Source: Elusimicrobiota bacterium
GTDB taxonomy: Bacteria > Elusimicrobiota > Elusimicrobia > Elusimicrobiales > UBA9959
Reading direction: 5' to 3'
DNA length: 30,638 nt
NCBI GenBank assembly: GCA_036574205.1
Contig: JAINCQ010000010.1
Location: forward strand, 1 to 30,638
Made by a program: the position numbers and the translations under genes. The notes beneath the pieces are model-generated. The model saw only the letters and a program-made list of their open reading frames with translations. It made no database searches and had not been told where the DNA came from. Of this stretch, positions 1 through 9,073 are shown in pieces (the first letter of the stretch is position 1; each line of letters starts with the position of its first letter).

Positions 1-22
1 CCATTTTGAACCTCAACTTCAT
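1..22 (-). CDS. 5' end of a divergent gene running off the window (MKLRFKM...), product unknown
   Basis: Minus-strand ATG at 22-20 with AGGAGG (plus-strand cctcct, 31-36) 8 nt upstream; open to the window edge; only 7 codons visible. Confidence 0.55.
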
Positions 23-130
23 AATGCAACCCTCCTTTATTGAGGGTTACATTATATAAATTTCAGTTACATTTTAAATGAGTTGACATTTAGCCTTATG
101 GTTACATTTTACATGATTTGATTCGTAATC

Positions 131-160
131 TTGATTAATATCTTGTTTTTTTGTTATAAT
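131..160 (+). promoter_or_regulatory. sigma70-type promoter of the ribosomal protein cluster
   Basis: TTGATT (131-136), 18-nt spacer, extended -10 TG-T-TATAAT (152-160), about 108 nt upstream of the rplC start. Confidence 0.65.
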
Positions 161-268
161 TTATCTGTTGCCTAATCTTAACGTTTGTTTGTTCTTATTT
201 GTTGAAACAAATAAACATTTTAGAAATTTTAATGAGCGGTTTTTTTGCTTAAAAAAATGGAGTAATTT

Positions 269-1033
269 ATGGATGAGAATAAAAATAATCAGGTTGAAAA
301 CGTAACCCCCGTGGTTGAAAATGCTCCGGGAGAGTTTAAATATATAATTGCAAAAAAGTTAGGAATGACTCAAATTTTTACTCCCTCAGGAGAGTTGAAA
401 GGGGTGACAGTTCTTGAAGCTGGCCCATGCCAGGTAATATATACAAGGACAAAAGATAAAGATGGATATAACGCGGTATGTCTTGGTTTTGGTGAAGCAA
501 AGAAAGTAAATAAACCACTTGAAGGTATTTTTAAAAAGTATGGAGTCAAGCCGGCAGAGCATTTAAAAGAATTTAGGTTTGAAAAAAGCGATATGCTAAA
601 ATCAGGGCAGATAGTTTCAATAAGTCAGAGATTTAATGAAGGTGACTGGGTTGATGTGACTGGAATTACTATAGGCAAAGGATTTGCTGGCGCTATGAAA
701 CGACATAATTTTAGTGGCCAGCCTGCTTCTCACGGTGCATCAGACAGGGAAAGAGCACCAGGCTCTCTGGCTTCAAGAAGAGCTCTGGGAAGAGTTATGC
801 CGGGACAGAGAATGGCTGGACATTTGGGTTGTGAAAAAACGACTGTCCAGAAAATAAGAATAGTTAAGACCATACCTGAAAAAAATATTATAATGGTTAA
901 CGGTAGTGTTCCCGGAAAAGAAGGTTCAATAGTGTATATAAAACATACGACAAAAAAAGTTGTGCAACATAAACCAGTTAGTGTAGCGAAATCTACTCAG
1001 AAAGACACAAAAGCGCAAGCTAAGAAAAAATAG
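269..1033 (+). CDS. rplC: 50S ribosomal protein L3
   Basis: KKLGMTQIF, GYNAVCLGF, GKGFAGAMKRHNF, RAPGS and MAGHLG motifs; SD GGAG; N- and C-terminal extensions. Confidence 0.98.
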   Translation: MDENKNNQVENVTPVVENAPGEFKYIIAKKLGMTQIFTPSGELKGVTVLEAGPCQVIYTRTKDKDGYNAVCLGFGEAKKVNKPLEGIFKKYGVKPAEHLKEFRFEKSDMLKSGQIVSISQRFNEGDWVDVTGITIGKGFAGAMKRHNFSGQPASHGASDRERAPGSLASRRALGRVMPGQRMAGHLGCEKTTVQKIRIVKTIPEKNIIMVNGSVPGKEGSIVYIKHTTKKVVQHKPVSVAKSTQKDTKAQAKKK

Positions 1034-1050
1034 GTAAGGAGTCAGTATAT

Positions 1051-1677
1051 ATGGAAACCAAACTTTATGATATAGAAGGTAAAGAGAAAGGAAGTGTTAG
1101 TATACCGGATAATGTATTAGCGGACAAAATAGATAGGTATTTTTTGCATGAAATTGTGAAATATTACCTTGCAGGTAAAAGGGTTGGAACCGCTTCTACA
1201 AAAACAAGAGCTGAAGTAAGCGGTGGCGGGAAAAAACCATGGAGACAAAAACATACTGGAAGAGCAAGGCAGGGTTCTATAAGGTCTCCACTATGGAAAG
1301 GTGGAGGAGTGGTTTTTGGTCCAAAGCCAAGAGATTTTTCTATAGATATTCCGAAAAAGAAACTGGATATTGCGATAAAACAGGTTTTAAAAAATAGGAT
1401 TGAAGAAAATAAGTTTTATGTTTTTGAAAACTTATCCTTCCAATCTCCAAAGACAAAAAACTTTGAGAAAATAGTTGAAACATTAAATATAAAGGGCGAA
1501 AAAATACTTATTGTAATGGATGAGTGGAATGAGAATGCTATTAAATCAATAAGGAATTTTGATAGGGTAAAATATGTAAGGGCAATGGATCTAAATGCTT
1601 ATGATTTGATAACTTCTGATGTGGTAATTATTACCCAGAAAGCCATTGATATAATAAAGGCAAGGATGGAGGAATAA
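1051..1677 (+). CDS. rplD: 50S ribosomal protein L4
   Basis: TKTRAEVSGGGKKPWRQKHTGRARQGSIRSPLWKGGGVVFGPKPR; operon order. Confidence 0.98.
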   Translation: METKLYDIEGKEKGSVSIPDNVLADKIDRYFLHEIVKYYLAGKRVGTASTKTRAEVSGGGKKPWRQKHTGRARQGSIRSPLWKGGGVVFGPKPRDFSIDIPKKKLDIAIKQVLKNRIEENKFYVFENLSFQSPKTKNFEKIVETLNIKGEKILIVMDEWNENAIKSIRNFDRVKYVRAMDLNAYDLITSDVVIITQKAIDIIKARMEE

Positions 1678-1967
1678 TGAGTATAAATTCTTATAAGATA
1701 ATAATTGAGCCTGTTTTAACAGAAAAGAGCGTTAACTTAAAAGAACAGAATAAATATGTATTTAAAGTTTCTGATAATGCTAACAAAATAAGTGTAAAAA
1801 AAGCTGTAGAGGATCTTTTTAAGGTCAAGGTTGGAAATGTCAGGGTAGTAAATACTAAAGCTAAAAAAGCGCGAGTTGGAAGATATGAGGGATATAGAAG
1901 TGGATGGAAGAAAGCGATAGTAACCCTCAAAGAAGGCAAGATAGAATATACGGACGTTAAAAAATAA
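1677..1967 (+). CDS. rplW: 50S ribosomal protein L23
   Basis: PVLTEKS, YVFKV, WKKAIVTL; TAATG overlap with rplD. Confidence 0.97.
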   Translation: MSINSYKIIIEPVLTEKSVNLKEQNKYVFKVSDNANKISVKKAVEDLFKVKVGNVRVVNTKAKKARVGRYEGYRSGWKKAIVTLKEGKIEYTDVKK

Positions 1968-1976
1968 GGAGAGATT

Positions 1977-2816
1977 ATGCCAGTTAAGAAATACAATCCC
2001 TATACCCCATCAAGAAGATTTATTACAACTCAGGATTTTTCCGATATAACCGCGACAAAACCTGAAAAAAGCCTTGTAGTAGGACTTAAAAAAACCGGGG
2101 GGAGAAATAACACGGGAATGGTTATGGTAAGACATATAGGGGGTGGACATAAAAGAAAATATAGGATAATAGATTTTAAAAGAGATAAACATGGAGTTCC
2201 AGCGGTTGTAAGCTCTATAGAATATGATCCAAATAGAAACGCAAGAATTGCATTGTTGAAATATAAAGATGGAGAAAAAAGGTATATTATAGCTCCCGAG
2301 GGAATTAATGTGGGGGAAGAGGTTTTAAGCGGATTAAAAGATATTCCTGTAAAACCGGGGAATGCAATGCCTTTATATTTGATACCAGATGGAACCTTTG
2401 TTCATTGTATAGAAATGATTCCGGGGACTGGCGCTAAATTTTCCCGTTCTGCTGGAAGCGCTGCTCAGATTATGGGCAAAGAGGGAAAATATGTTATGGT
2501 TAAGATGCCAAGCGGTGAGATAAGAAAAATCTTAAAGGAATGTATGGCTACTGTGGGGAGAGTTGGCAATGCGGAGTATAATACTGTAACAATAGGTAAT
2601 GCTGGAAGAAAGAGACATATGGGGATAAAACCAACTGTCAGGGGTGGAGCAATGAATGCGGTTGATCACCCGCTTGGTGGAGGAAGGGGAAGATCCAAGG
2701 GTAATAATGTTCCAAGATCCCCTTGGAATCAGCCTTCAAAGGGATTTAAGACAAGAACCAAAAATAAAATATGGAACTGGATGATAGTTCAGGATAGAAG
2801 GAAAGGGAAAGTATAA
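1977..2816 (+). CDS. rplB: 50S ribosomal protein L2
   Basis: GGRNNTG, GGGHKRKYRIIDFKR, IEYDPNR, MNAVDHPLGGG. Confidence 0.99.
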   Translation: MPVKKYNPYTPSRRFITTQDFSDITATKPEKSLVVGLKKTGGRNNTGMVMVRHIGGGHKRKYRIIDFKRDKHGVPAVVSSIEYDPNRNARIALLKYKDGEKRYIIAPEGINVGEEVLSGLKDIPVKPGNAMPLYLIPDGTFVHCIEMIPGTGAKFSRSAGSAAQIMGKEGKYVMVKMPSGEIRKILKECMATVGRVGNAEYNTVTIGNAGRKRHMGIKPTVRGGAMNAVDHPLGGGRGRSKGNNVPRSPWNQPSKGFKTRTKNKIWNWMIVQDRRKGKV

Positions 2817-2825
2817 GGAGGAATG

Positions 2826-3110
2826 ATGGGAAGATCTTCAAAGAAAGGAGTTTATGTTGATCCCAAACTTCTTGCTAAAGTCAAAAAGGCCATTGAAAGC
2901 GGAGATAAGAAACCTATTAAGACATGGTCAAGGAGAACAACTATTATCCCTGATTTTGTGGGTCTAACTTTTATGGTACATAACGGTAAGAAATTTTTAC
3001 CGGTATATGTGAATGAAAGAATGATAGGGCATAAGTTGGGAGAATTTTCATTTACAAGAACCTTTAAAGGTCATGGCGCGGCGCATAAAGAATCTGCCGA
3101 GCTTACATAA
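2826..3110 (+). CDS. rpsS: 30S ribosomal protein S19
   Basis: [28 protein letters not shown]; second ATG (2826) chosen for spacing from GGAGG at 2817-2821. Confidence 0.97.
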   Translation: MGRSSKKGVYVDPKLLAKVKKAIESGDKKPIKTWSRRTTIIPDFVGLTFMVHNGKKFLPVYVNERMIGHKLGEFSFTRTFKGHGAAHKESAELT

Positions 3111-3122
3111 CGAGGAGTATAT

Positions 3123-3473
3123 ATGGATGCTATTTGTAAATTGAAATATCAAAGGTATTCTCAAAATAAGGTAAGAAGAATAGCTAAGTTGATAAAAGGG
3201 AAAAATTTGTGGGAAGCGACTCACTTTTTAAATTCCCTTACCACCCCGACAAAAATGGTTGTTTTAAAAGCTGTTAAATCAGCTGGAGCAAATCTTAGTA
3301 ATAAACTTGCCAGAAAACTGGATTTAAAAGAGGTATGGGTAAAAGAAGTTGCTGTTGACGGTGGCCCGATGAAATATCTGAGAAGGTATAATGCGGGCCC
3401 AATGGGAAGAGGAATGCCTTATTACAGGAATATGTGTCATATTAAGATAGTTGTAAGTGATAACAAAAATTAA
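3123..3473 (+). CDS. rplV: 50S ribosomal protein L22
   Basis: SQNKVRRIAKLIKGK, KSAGAN, VDGGP...GRG...CHIKIVV; position between rpsS and rpsC. Confidence 0.93.
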   Translation: MDAICKLKYQRYSQNKVRRIAKLIKGKNLWEATHFLNSLTTPTKMVVLKAVKSAGANLSNKLARKLDLKEVWVKEVAVDGGPMKYLRRYNAGPMGRGMPYYRNMCHIKIVVSDNKN

Positions 3474-3482
3474 GGAGAAATT

Positions 3483-4238
3483 ATGGGTCAAAAAATACAT
3501 CCTAATTCGGTAAGGCTGGGATATATAAGAAATTGGCAATCAAGATGGGTTGCGGATTTCAAAGATATGCCTCAGCTTATAAGAGAGGATTATGATATAA
3601 GAGATATGGTTAAGGAAAAATTTAACCAGGCATCTGTAAGCTCAGTAATAATAGAAAGGCTTGGCAATTATCTTAAAATAACTATCAATACCGCAAGACC
3701 GGGAATAGTTATTGGAAGAAAAGGACAGGATATAGAGACGCTTAGAGCAGAACTTGAACGGATGACAAAGAAAAAAGTTTATATAAATGTGTTTGAGATA
3801 AAAGTTCCGGAGCTTGATGCTACCCTTGTTGCTCAATCTATAGCGTTTCAGCTTGAAAAAAGAGTATCTTATAAAAAAGCATGTAAGAAAGCGATGGATA
3901 AAACAATGGCAAGCGGCGCTTTGGGGATAAAGGTTATGGTTTCTGGAAGACTTGGCGGCGCTGAAATAGCAAGGCGTGAATGGTATAGAAAAGGAAGGGT
4001 TCCTCTTCAAACTTTTGCGGCAGATGTTGACTATGGATTTGTAGAGGCTAATACTATTATGGGTAAGATTGGAGTAAAGGTGTGGATTTTCAAAAAACTG
4101 TTTTTTGCCAAAACACCGCGCGAGCTTCAGGAAGAGCTTAAGAAATTGAGGCTTGAAGAAGAAAAGCAGAATATGGTTATGGGCGAAGGAGTTGAGAAAA
4201 AAGAGGAAATTCAAGGAGAGCAAAATGTTGATGCCTAA
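3483..4238 (+). CDS. rpsC: 30S ribosomal protein S3
   Basis: [44 protein letters not shown]. Confidence 0.98.
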   Translation: MGQKIHPNSVRLGYIRNWQSRWVADFKDMPQLIREDYDIRDMVKEKFNQASVSSVIIERLGNYLKITINTARPGIVIGRKGQDIETLRAELERMTKKKVYINVFEIKVPELDATLVAQSIAFQLEKRVSYKKACKKAMDKTMASGALGIKVMVSGRLGGAEIARREWYRKGRVPLQTFAADVDYGFVEANTIMGKIGVKVWIFKKLFFAKTPRELQEELKKLRLEEEKQNMVMGEGVEKKEEIQGEQNVDA

Positions 4239-4641
4239 AAGAGTAAAATACAGAAAAACTCAATCTGCTCCCAGAATAAAAGGTTATGCTAAGGGTAATA
4301 CCGACATTTATTGGGGAGAATACGCCATAAAGGCTCTTGAGCCTAAATGGATTACGGCAAGGCAGATAGAAGCATGCCGTGTCGCAATAGTTAGATATTT
4401 AAAAAAGAAAGGAAAGATGTGGATAAGGATTTTTCCAGACAAAGTGATTACCAAACATCCTGCTGAAACCAGGATGGGGAAAGGGAAAGGAGATCCAGAT
4501 CATTGGGTAGCTGTGGTAAAGCCTGGAAGAATAATGTTTGAAATAGAAGGGGTAGAGGATTCAGTTGCTCATGAGATATTTGACAGAGTCAAAGCAAAGC
4601 TTCCTATTAAAACTAAACTGATTAAAAGAGAGAATATTTAA
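4225..4641 (+). CDS. rplP: 50S ribosomal protein L16
   Basis: [26 protein letters not shown]; start moved to ATG 4225 behind AAGGAG, overlapping the rpsC tail by 14 nt. Confidence 0.97.
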   Translation: MLMPKRVKYRKTQSAPRIKGYAKGNTDIYWGEYAIKALEPKWITARQIEACRVAIVRYLKKKGKMWIRIFPDKVITKHPAETRMGKGKGDPDHWVAVVKPGRIMFEIEGVEDSVAHEIFDRVKAKLPIKTKLIKRENI

Positions 4642-4651
4642 AGAGGTTAAT

Positions 4652-4873
4652 ATGAAAAGAAAGGAAAAAGAGTCTATAAAAAATATGAGTGCTAAAGATC
4701 TTGAAGCTCTTTTAAGAGATCTTGAAAAAGAATTGTTTGAATTAAAATTCAATAAAAAAATAGCGCCTCTTGACAATCCTTTAAAAATAAGGGTCTTAAG
4801 AAGAAAGATAGCCTTTGTTAAGACTATATTAAGCGAGTTAAATAACAAAACGGTCAATATTGCGAGGGAGTAA
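4652..4873 (+). CDS. rpmC: 50S ribosomal protein L29
   Basis: LEKELFELKF, LDNPLKIRVLRRKIA; position between rplP and rpsQ. Confidence 0.93.
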   Translation: MKRKEKESIKNMSAKDLEALLRDLEKELFELKFNKKIAPLDNPLKIRVLRRKIAFVKTILSELNNKTVNIARE

Positions 4874-4876
4874 AAT

Positions 4877-5140
4877 ATGGAACAGAAAAGAAATAAAAGA
4901 TTTCTACTTACTGGCACAGTAGTTTCGGATAAAATGAATAAAACGAGAGTTGTAAGAGTGCTGAGAGTTTTTAAGCATCCTTTATATGAGAAAGTTATTA
5001 GGAGCTATAAAAAATATTATGCTCATGATGAGCTTGGAGAATCAAAGGTTGGAGATGTAGTTTCAATAATGAGCACAAGACCTATTTCTAAGTTGAAAAG
5101 GTGGAGAATTTATAAGGTTGTAAGTAAAAAAACAAATTAA
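4877..5140 (+). CDS. rpsQ: 30S ribosomal protein S17
   Basis: GTVVSDKMNKT, HPLYEK, AHDE, TRPISKLKRW. Confidence 0.97.
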   Translation: MEQKRNKRFLLTGTVVSDKMNKTRVVRVLRVFKHPLYEKVIRSYKKYYAHDELGESKVGDVVSIMSTRPISKLKRWRIYKVVSKKTN

Positions 5141-5155
5141 AAATTGGAGTTGATT

Positions 5156-5524
5156 ATGATACAGTTAAGAACAATGTTAAATGTGGCTGATAATTCTGGC
5201 GCAAAAAAGCTTATGTGCTTCAAGATAAGAGGTTCAAGCCATAGAAAGTTTGCTTCTATCGGCGATACTATTATGTGTTCTGTTAAAGAAGCGTTAGCTG
5301 ATAGCAGTATAAAAAAGGGAGACGTTGTTAGAGCTGTGGTCGTTAGAGTAAGGAAAGAGATAAGAAGACCAGATGGCTCTTATATACGCTTTGATGATAA
5401 CGCGGCTTGCGTTATAGATAATAACGGCGAGCCGAAAGGGACCAGGGTTTTCGGTCCTGTGGCAAGAGAACTTAGGGCAAAGAATTTTCTCAAGATAATT
5501 TCACTTGCCCCTGAGGTATTGTAA
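5156..5524 (+). CDS. rplN: 50S ribosomal protein L14
   Basis: [44 protein letters not shown]; start at ATG 5156. Confidence 0.98.
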   Translation: MIQLRTMLNVADNSGAKKLMCFKIRGSSHRKFASIGDTIMCSVKEALADSSIKKGDVVRAVVVRVRKEIRRPDGSYIRFDDNAACVIDNNGEPKGTRVFGPVARELRAKNFLKIISLAPEVL

Positions 5525-5534
5525 AAGAGGCGTT

Positions 5535-5855
5535 ATGTTAGGAATAAAAAAGAAGGATAAAATAATAGTTCTTTCTGGAAGAGATAAAGGGAAAAAAGGC
5601 GAGGTGCTCAAGGTTATAAGGGATAAGGGGGTAATAAAACAGGTAATTGTTAGTGGGATAAACCTTGTTGTAAAACATAAAAAACCAACGAAAAACGATC
5701 CTGGCGGAATAATAAAAAAAGAAGCTCCCATCCATATATCAAAAGTTATGCTTGTTTGCCCAAGTTGTGATAAACCTACAAGGATAAAAGTTAACATAAC
5801 TGAAGGCAAAGCGAAGTTTAGAGTTTGTAAAAAATGCGGACAGACGATAGCCTAA
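5535..5855 (+). CDS. rplX: 50S ribosomal protein L24
   Basis: KOW motif IKKKDKIIVLSGRDKGKKG, GGIIKKEAPIHISKV, C-terminal CPSC...CKKC; start at ATG 5535. Confidence 0.96.
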   Translation: MLGIKKKDKIIVLSGRDKGKKGEVLKVIRDKGVIKQVIVSGINLVVKHKKPTKNDPGGIIKKEAPIHISKVMLVCPSCDKPTRIKVNITEGKAKFRVCKKCGQTIA

Positions 5856-5867
5856 GGAGGATTTGAT

Positions 5868-6437
5868 ATGAGCGGTAAAACTGATTACAAACCAAGGCTG
5901 ATGAAGCTATATGAGGAAAAGATTGTAAAATCCATGATGAATGATCTTTCTGCTAAATCTCCAATGGCTGTTCCAAAGCTTGAAAAGATAGTTATAAGCA
6001 TGGGGGTTAATGAAGCCAGAGAAGATATCAAACAGCTTGAGTTAGCAAAGGAGGAACTCGCTTTGATAACCGGACAGGCTCCTCAGATTAAAAGGGCAAA
6101 GAAATCTATTTCCAACTTTAAGCTGAGGCAGGGAATGCCGATAGCGCTTAAAGTTACATTAAGAGGGTGGAAGATGTATGAATTTTTAGATAGATTTATT
6201 TCTCTGGCAGCTCCTAAGATAAGAGATTTTGCAGGTTTTGATGTTAATAAATTTGATGGTCATGGATCATATAACGTAGGATTAAAAGATCATTTTATAT
6301 TTCCAGAGATAAATCAAGAAAAATCTCCAAAATCAAGAGGTTTAAATGTAACGATTGTTACTAATTCAAGAAAAGATGAGACGGCAAAAAAATTATTAGA
6401 TTATTTTGGATTTCCTTTTAAGGAAGCAAAAAAATAA
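5868..6437 (+). CDS. rplE: 50S ribosomal protein L5
   Basis: VPKLEKIVISMG, ITGQ, AKKSISNFKLRQG, KVTLRG, IFPEI. Confidence 0.98.
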   Translation: MSGKTDYKPRLMKLYEEKIVKSMMNDLSAKSPMAVPKLEKIVISMGVNEAREDIKQLELAKEELALITGQAPQIKRAKKSISNFKLRQGMPIALKVTLRGWKMYEFLDRFISLAAPKIRDFAGFDVNKFDGHGSYNVGLKDHFIFPEINQEKSPKSRGLNVTIVTNSRKDETAKKLLDYFGFPFKEAKK

Positions 6438-6447
6438 GGAGTGATAT

Positions 6448-6633
6448 ATGGCTACATATGCACAAATGGCGAAAGCCAGAAAGCAACCAAAGTTTTCGAC
6501 GAGATATAGGAACAGATGTCAGATATGCGGCAGGCCTAGAGGATATTATAGAGACTTCGGGCTTTGCAGGATATGTTTGAGAAAAATGGCTCATGAAGGG
6601 CTTATCCCTGGACTAAAAAAAGCGAGCTGGTAA
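6448..6633 (+). CDS. rpsN: 30S ribosomal protein S14, short zinc-binding (type Z) form
   Basis: 61 aa, [10 protein letters not shown]...[16 protein letters not shown]. Confidence 0.97.
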   Translation: MATYAQMAKARKQPKFSTRYRNRCQICGRPRGYYRDFGLCRICLRKMAHEGLIPGLKKASW

Positions 6634-6644
6634 AAGGAGGAGTA

Positions 6645-7037
6645 ATGGATAGTTTGTCTAATATGCTTGTAGCGATACAAAATGCTTCTATGAGATTTAA
6701 GGAAAAGGTAGATGTTAATTATTCAAAGCTTATCGTCAGTGTCCTTGATGTCTTAAAACAAGAGGGTTTTATTTCTGGTTATAAAGTTATAAAAGATTCA
6801 CAGAACAAGCAGTTTATAAGAGTCAATCTGAAATATACTGCTAATAGAACCCCTGTGTTTGGAGGATTTCAGAGAGTTTCAAAATCTTCAAAACGAATTT
6901 ATAGAGGATATAATGAGTTTCCTAGAGTAAAAAAATCATTTGGAATCAATATAGTATCCACATCAAAAGGAGTAATGAGTTCTGTGGTGGCTAAGAAAGA
7001 GAAAATAGGCGGAGAAATCCTTTGCCAGGTATGGTGA
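6645..7037 (+). CDS. rpsH: 30S ribosomal protein S8
   Basis: VLKQEGFI, RVSK, IVSTSKGVM, GGEILCQVW. Confidence 0.97.
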   Translation: MDSLSNMLVAIQNASMRFKEKVDVNYSKLIVSVLDVLKQEGFISGYKVIKDSQNKQFIRVNLKYTANRTPVFGGFQRVSKSSKRIYRGYNEFPRVKKSFGINIVSTSKGVMSSVVAKKEKIGGEILCQVW

Positions 7038-7054
7038 TTTTAAAAGGAGATATT

Positions 7055-7618
7055 ATGAGCAAGATTGGTAATAAACCTGTAAAAATAGCAGATGGAGTGA
7101 AAGTTAATTTAAACGGAAAAGAACTTCATTTTGAGGGAAAAGCAGGCAAATTATCGTTGCCTGTTTATGATGGGCTTTCTGTTGATATAAAGGATGGATT
7201 AATATTTGTGAAGAAAGAAAAAAATGACGCAAATGCTCTTCATGGAACAATGAGAGCAAAAATACAAAACGCGGTTTTAGGTGTAAGCGAGGGATTTAAA
7301 AAGACTCTTGAAATATCTGGAGTCGGTTTTAGAGCGCAGAGTGATGGTAAGAAGATAACAATGCAATTGGGATTTTCTCACCCGGTTTCAGTTGATATCC
7401 CTTCAGGGATAAAAGTTGAAATAGCAGGCAAGGAACAGAATATAATTAATGTTTATGGAATAGATAAAGAGCTGGTTGGAAATTTTGCCGATAGAATCAA
7501 GAAATTGAAACTGCCTGAGCCTTATAAAGGAAGCGGGATAAAATATCAAAACGAAAGGATTTTAAGGAAAGCCGGTAAAGCGGCAGCAGGATCTGCCACA
7601 GGTGGAGCAAAGAAATAA
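7055..7618 (+). CDS. rplF: 50S ribosomal protein L6
   Basis: MSKIGNKPV, GVGFRA, LGFSHP, PEPYKGSGIKY; start at ATG 7055 behind AAGGAG. Confidence 0.97.
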   Translation: MSKIGNKPVKIADGVKVNLNGKELHFEGKAGKLSLPVYDGLSVDIKDGLIFVKKEKNDANALHGTMRAKIQNAVLGVSEGFKKTLEISGVGFRAQSDGKKITMQLGFSHPVSVDIPSGIKVEIAGKEQNIINVYGIDKELVGNFADRIKKLKLPEPYKGSGIKYQNERILRKAGKAAAGSATGGAKK

Positions 7619-7630
7619 TAGAGGTGGAAT

Positions 7631-8005
7631 ATGATAACTAAAAACCAGAGATATAATTTAAGGAAAGAAAGAACCAGAAAAAAACTTTTTAAAAATGGGA
7701 TAAACAAACCGAGGCTAAGCGTCAAAAAAAGTAATAGATATGTTTATGCTCAGGTTATTGATGATTTGAAAGGAATTACTCTGGCTTATGCGTCAACATT
7801 GGAGTCTGAACTTTTAAAGAAGATAAAGAGTTTAAATAAATCGGCAAAAAGTATTGATGCTTGTAAGATACTTGGCGAGGTCATAGCCAAAAGAGCTCTT
7901 GAAAAGGGTGTTAAAGAGATAGTTTTTGATAGGGGTGGAAGTATATTCCATGGAAGGATAAAAGCTGTGGCTGATGCTGCCAGAGATGTGGGTTTAAAAT
8001 TTTAA
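7631..8005 (+). CDS. rplR: 50S ribosomal protein L18
   Basis: PRLSV, YAQVIDD, VFDRGG, HGRIKAVADAARDVGLKF. Confidence 0.97.
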   Translation: MITKNQRYNLRKERTRKKLFKNGINKPRLSVKKSNRYVYAQVIDDLKGITLAYASTLESELLKKIKSLNKSAKSIDACKILGEVIAKRALEKGVKEIVFDRGGSIFHGRIKAVADAARDVGLKF

Positions 8006-8017
8006 AAGGAGAAAAAA

Positions 8018-8566
8018 ATGATAGTTAAAAATCAAAAAAAATTAAAAACTGAAAAAGAGATTGTAGAAATTACTGAAAAAGATGGAGAGTTTGTTGAGGT
8101 AAAAGACGAATCACAAGAAGAAAAATCTATAGTTATAGCGGTAAATAGAGTTTCTAAAGTTGTGAAGGGCGGAAAAAGGTTGTCTTTCAATGCTATTGTG
8201 GCAGTTGGAAATGGTAATGGAAAAGTTGGTGTTGGCGTTGGAAAAGCAAAAGAGGTACAGGATGCAATAGCAAAAGCCATAACTCTGGCTAAAAAGGATA
8301 TGATAACCTTTCCTTTAAAAGGTGGGACGATACCTCATGAAGTAGAGGCTAAATTTTGTTCAGGATATATCTGGATGAAACCAGCCATTGAAGGAACCGG
8401 GCTTATAGCTGGTGGAGCTGCAAGAAGTGTTCTTGAGGTTGCAGGTGTAAGAAATATATTGACTAAAAATTTAGGTTCCACAAATACATTTAATTCCGCA
8501 TATGCCACCATTGAAGCACTTAAAAAATTGAAGACTCCTGAGGAAGTAAAAGATCTAAGGAAATAG
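8018..8566 (+). CDS. rpsE: 30S ribosomal protein S5
   Basis: [33 protein letters not shown]; charged N-terminal extension. Confidence 0.97.
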   Translation: MIVKNQKKLKTEKEIVEITEKDGEFVEVKDESQEEKSIVIAVNRVSKVVKGGKRLSFNAIVAVGNGNGKVGVGVGKAKEVQDAIAKAITLAKKDMITFPLKGGTIPHEVEAKFCSGYIWMKPAIEGTGLIAGGAARSVLEVAGVRNILTKNLGSTNTFNSAYATIEALKKLKTPEEVKDLRK

Positions 8567-8579
8567 AGGGAGGTTTTTT

Positions 8580-9059
8580 ATGATAAAGATAAATGATTTA
8601 AAACCCAAATATGGATCCACTCACAGCAAAAAAAGACTTGGGACCGGACAGGGTTCTGGCCATGGACAGACTTCAACAAGAGGACAAAAAGGGCAGAGTT
8701 CAAGGAGTGGTGATCCTAAAAGGGTTGGTTTTGAAGGTGGACAGATGCCGCTTTTAAGAAGATTGCCTAAGAGAGGTTTTAATAATAATTTTTTTAAAAC
8801 AAAATATGAATTTGTGAATGTTTCTACTCTTGATAAAAAATTTAATAATGGTGATGAGGTAAATCCCCAGATTATGTTTGAAAAAGGTATAATTAATAAT
8901 ATTTCAGCGGTAAAAATACTTGGGGATGGGGAAATCAAAAAAAATCTTAATGTATGGGCCCATTCTTTTTCTGCTTCTGCAAAAGAAAAAATAGAAAAAA
9001 ATGGAGGAAAAGCTAATATAATTGAACCTAAAAAACAGTTAAAAGATAACAACAAATAG
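8580..9059 (+). CDS. rplO: 50S ribosomal protein L15
   Basis: GSGHGQTSTRGQKGQ, GFEGGQMPLLRRLPKRGF, KILGDG, FSASAKEKIE. Confidence 0.98.
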   Translation: MIKINDLKPKYGSTHSKKRLGTGQGSGHGQTSTRGQKGQSSRSGDPKRVGFEGGQMPLLRRLPKRGFNNNFFKTKYEFVNVSTLDKKFNNGDEVNPQIMFEKGIINNISAVKILGDGEIKKNLNVWAHSFSASAKEKIEKNGGKANIIEPKKQLKDNNK

Positions 9060-9073
9060 GGGAAGAGGATTAT

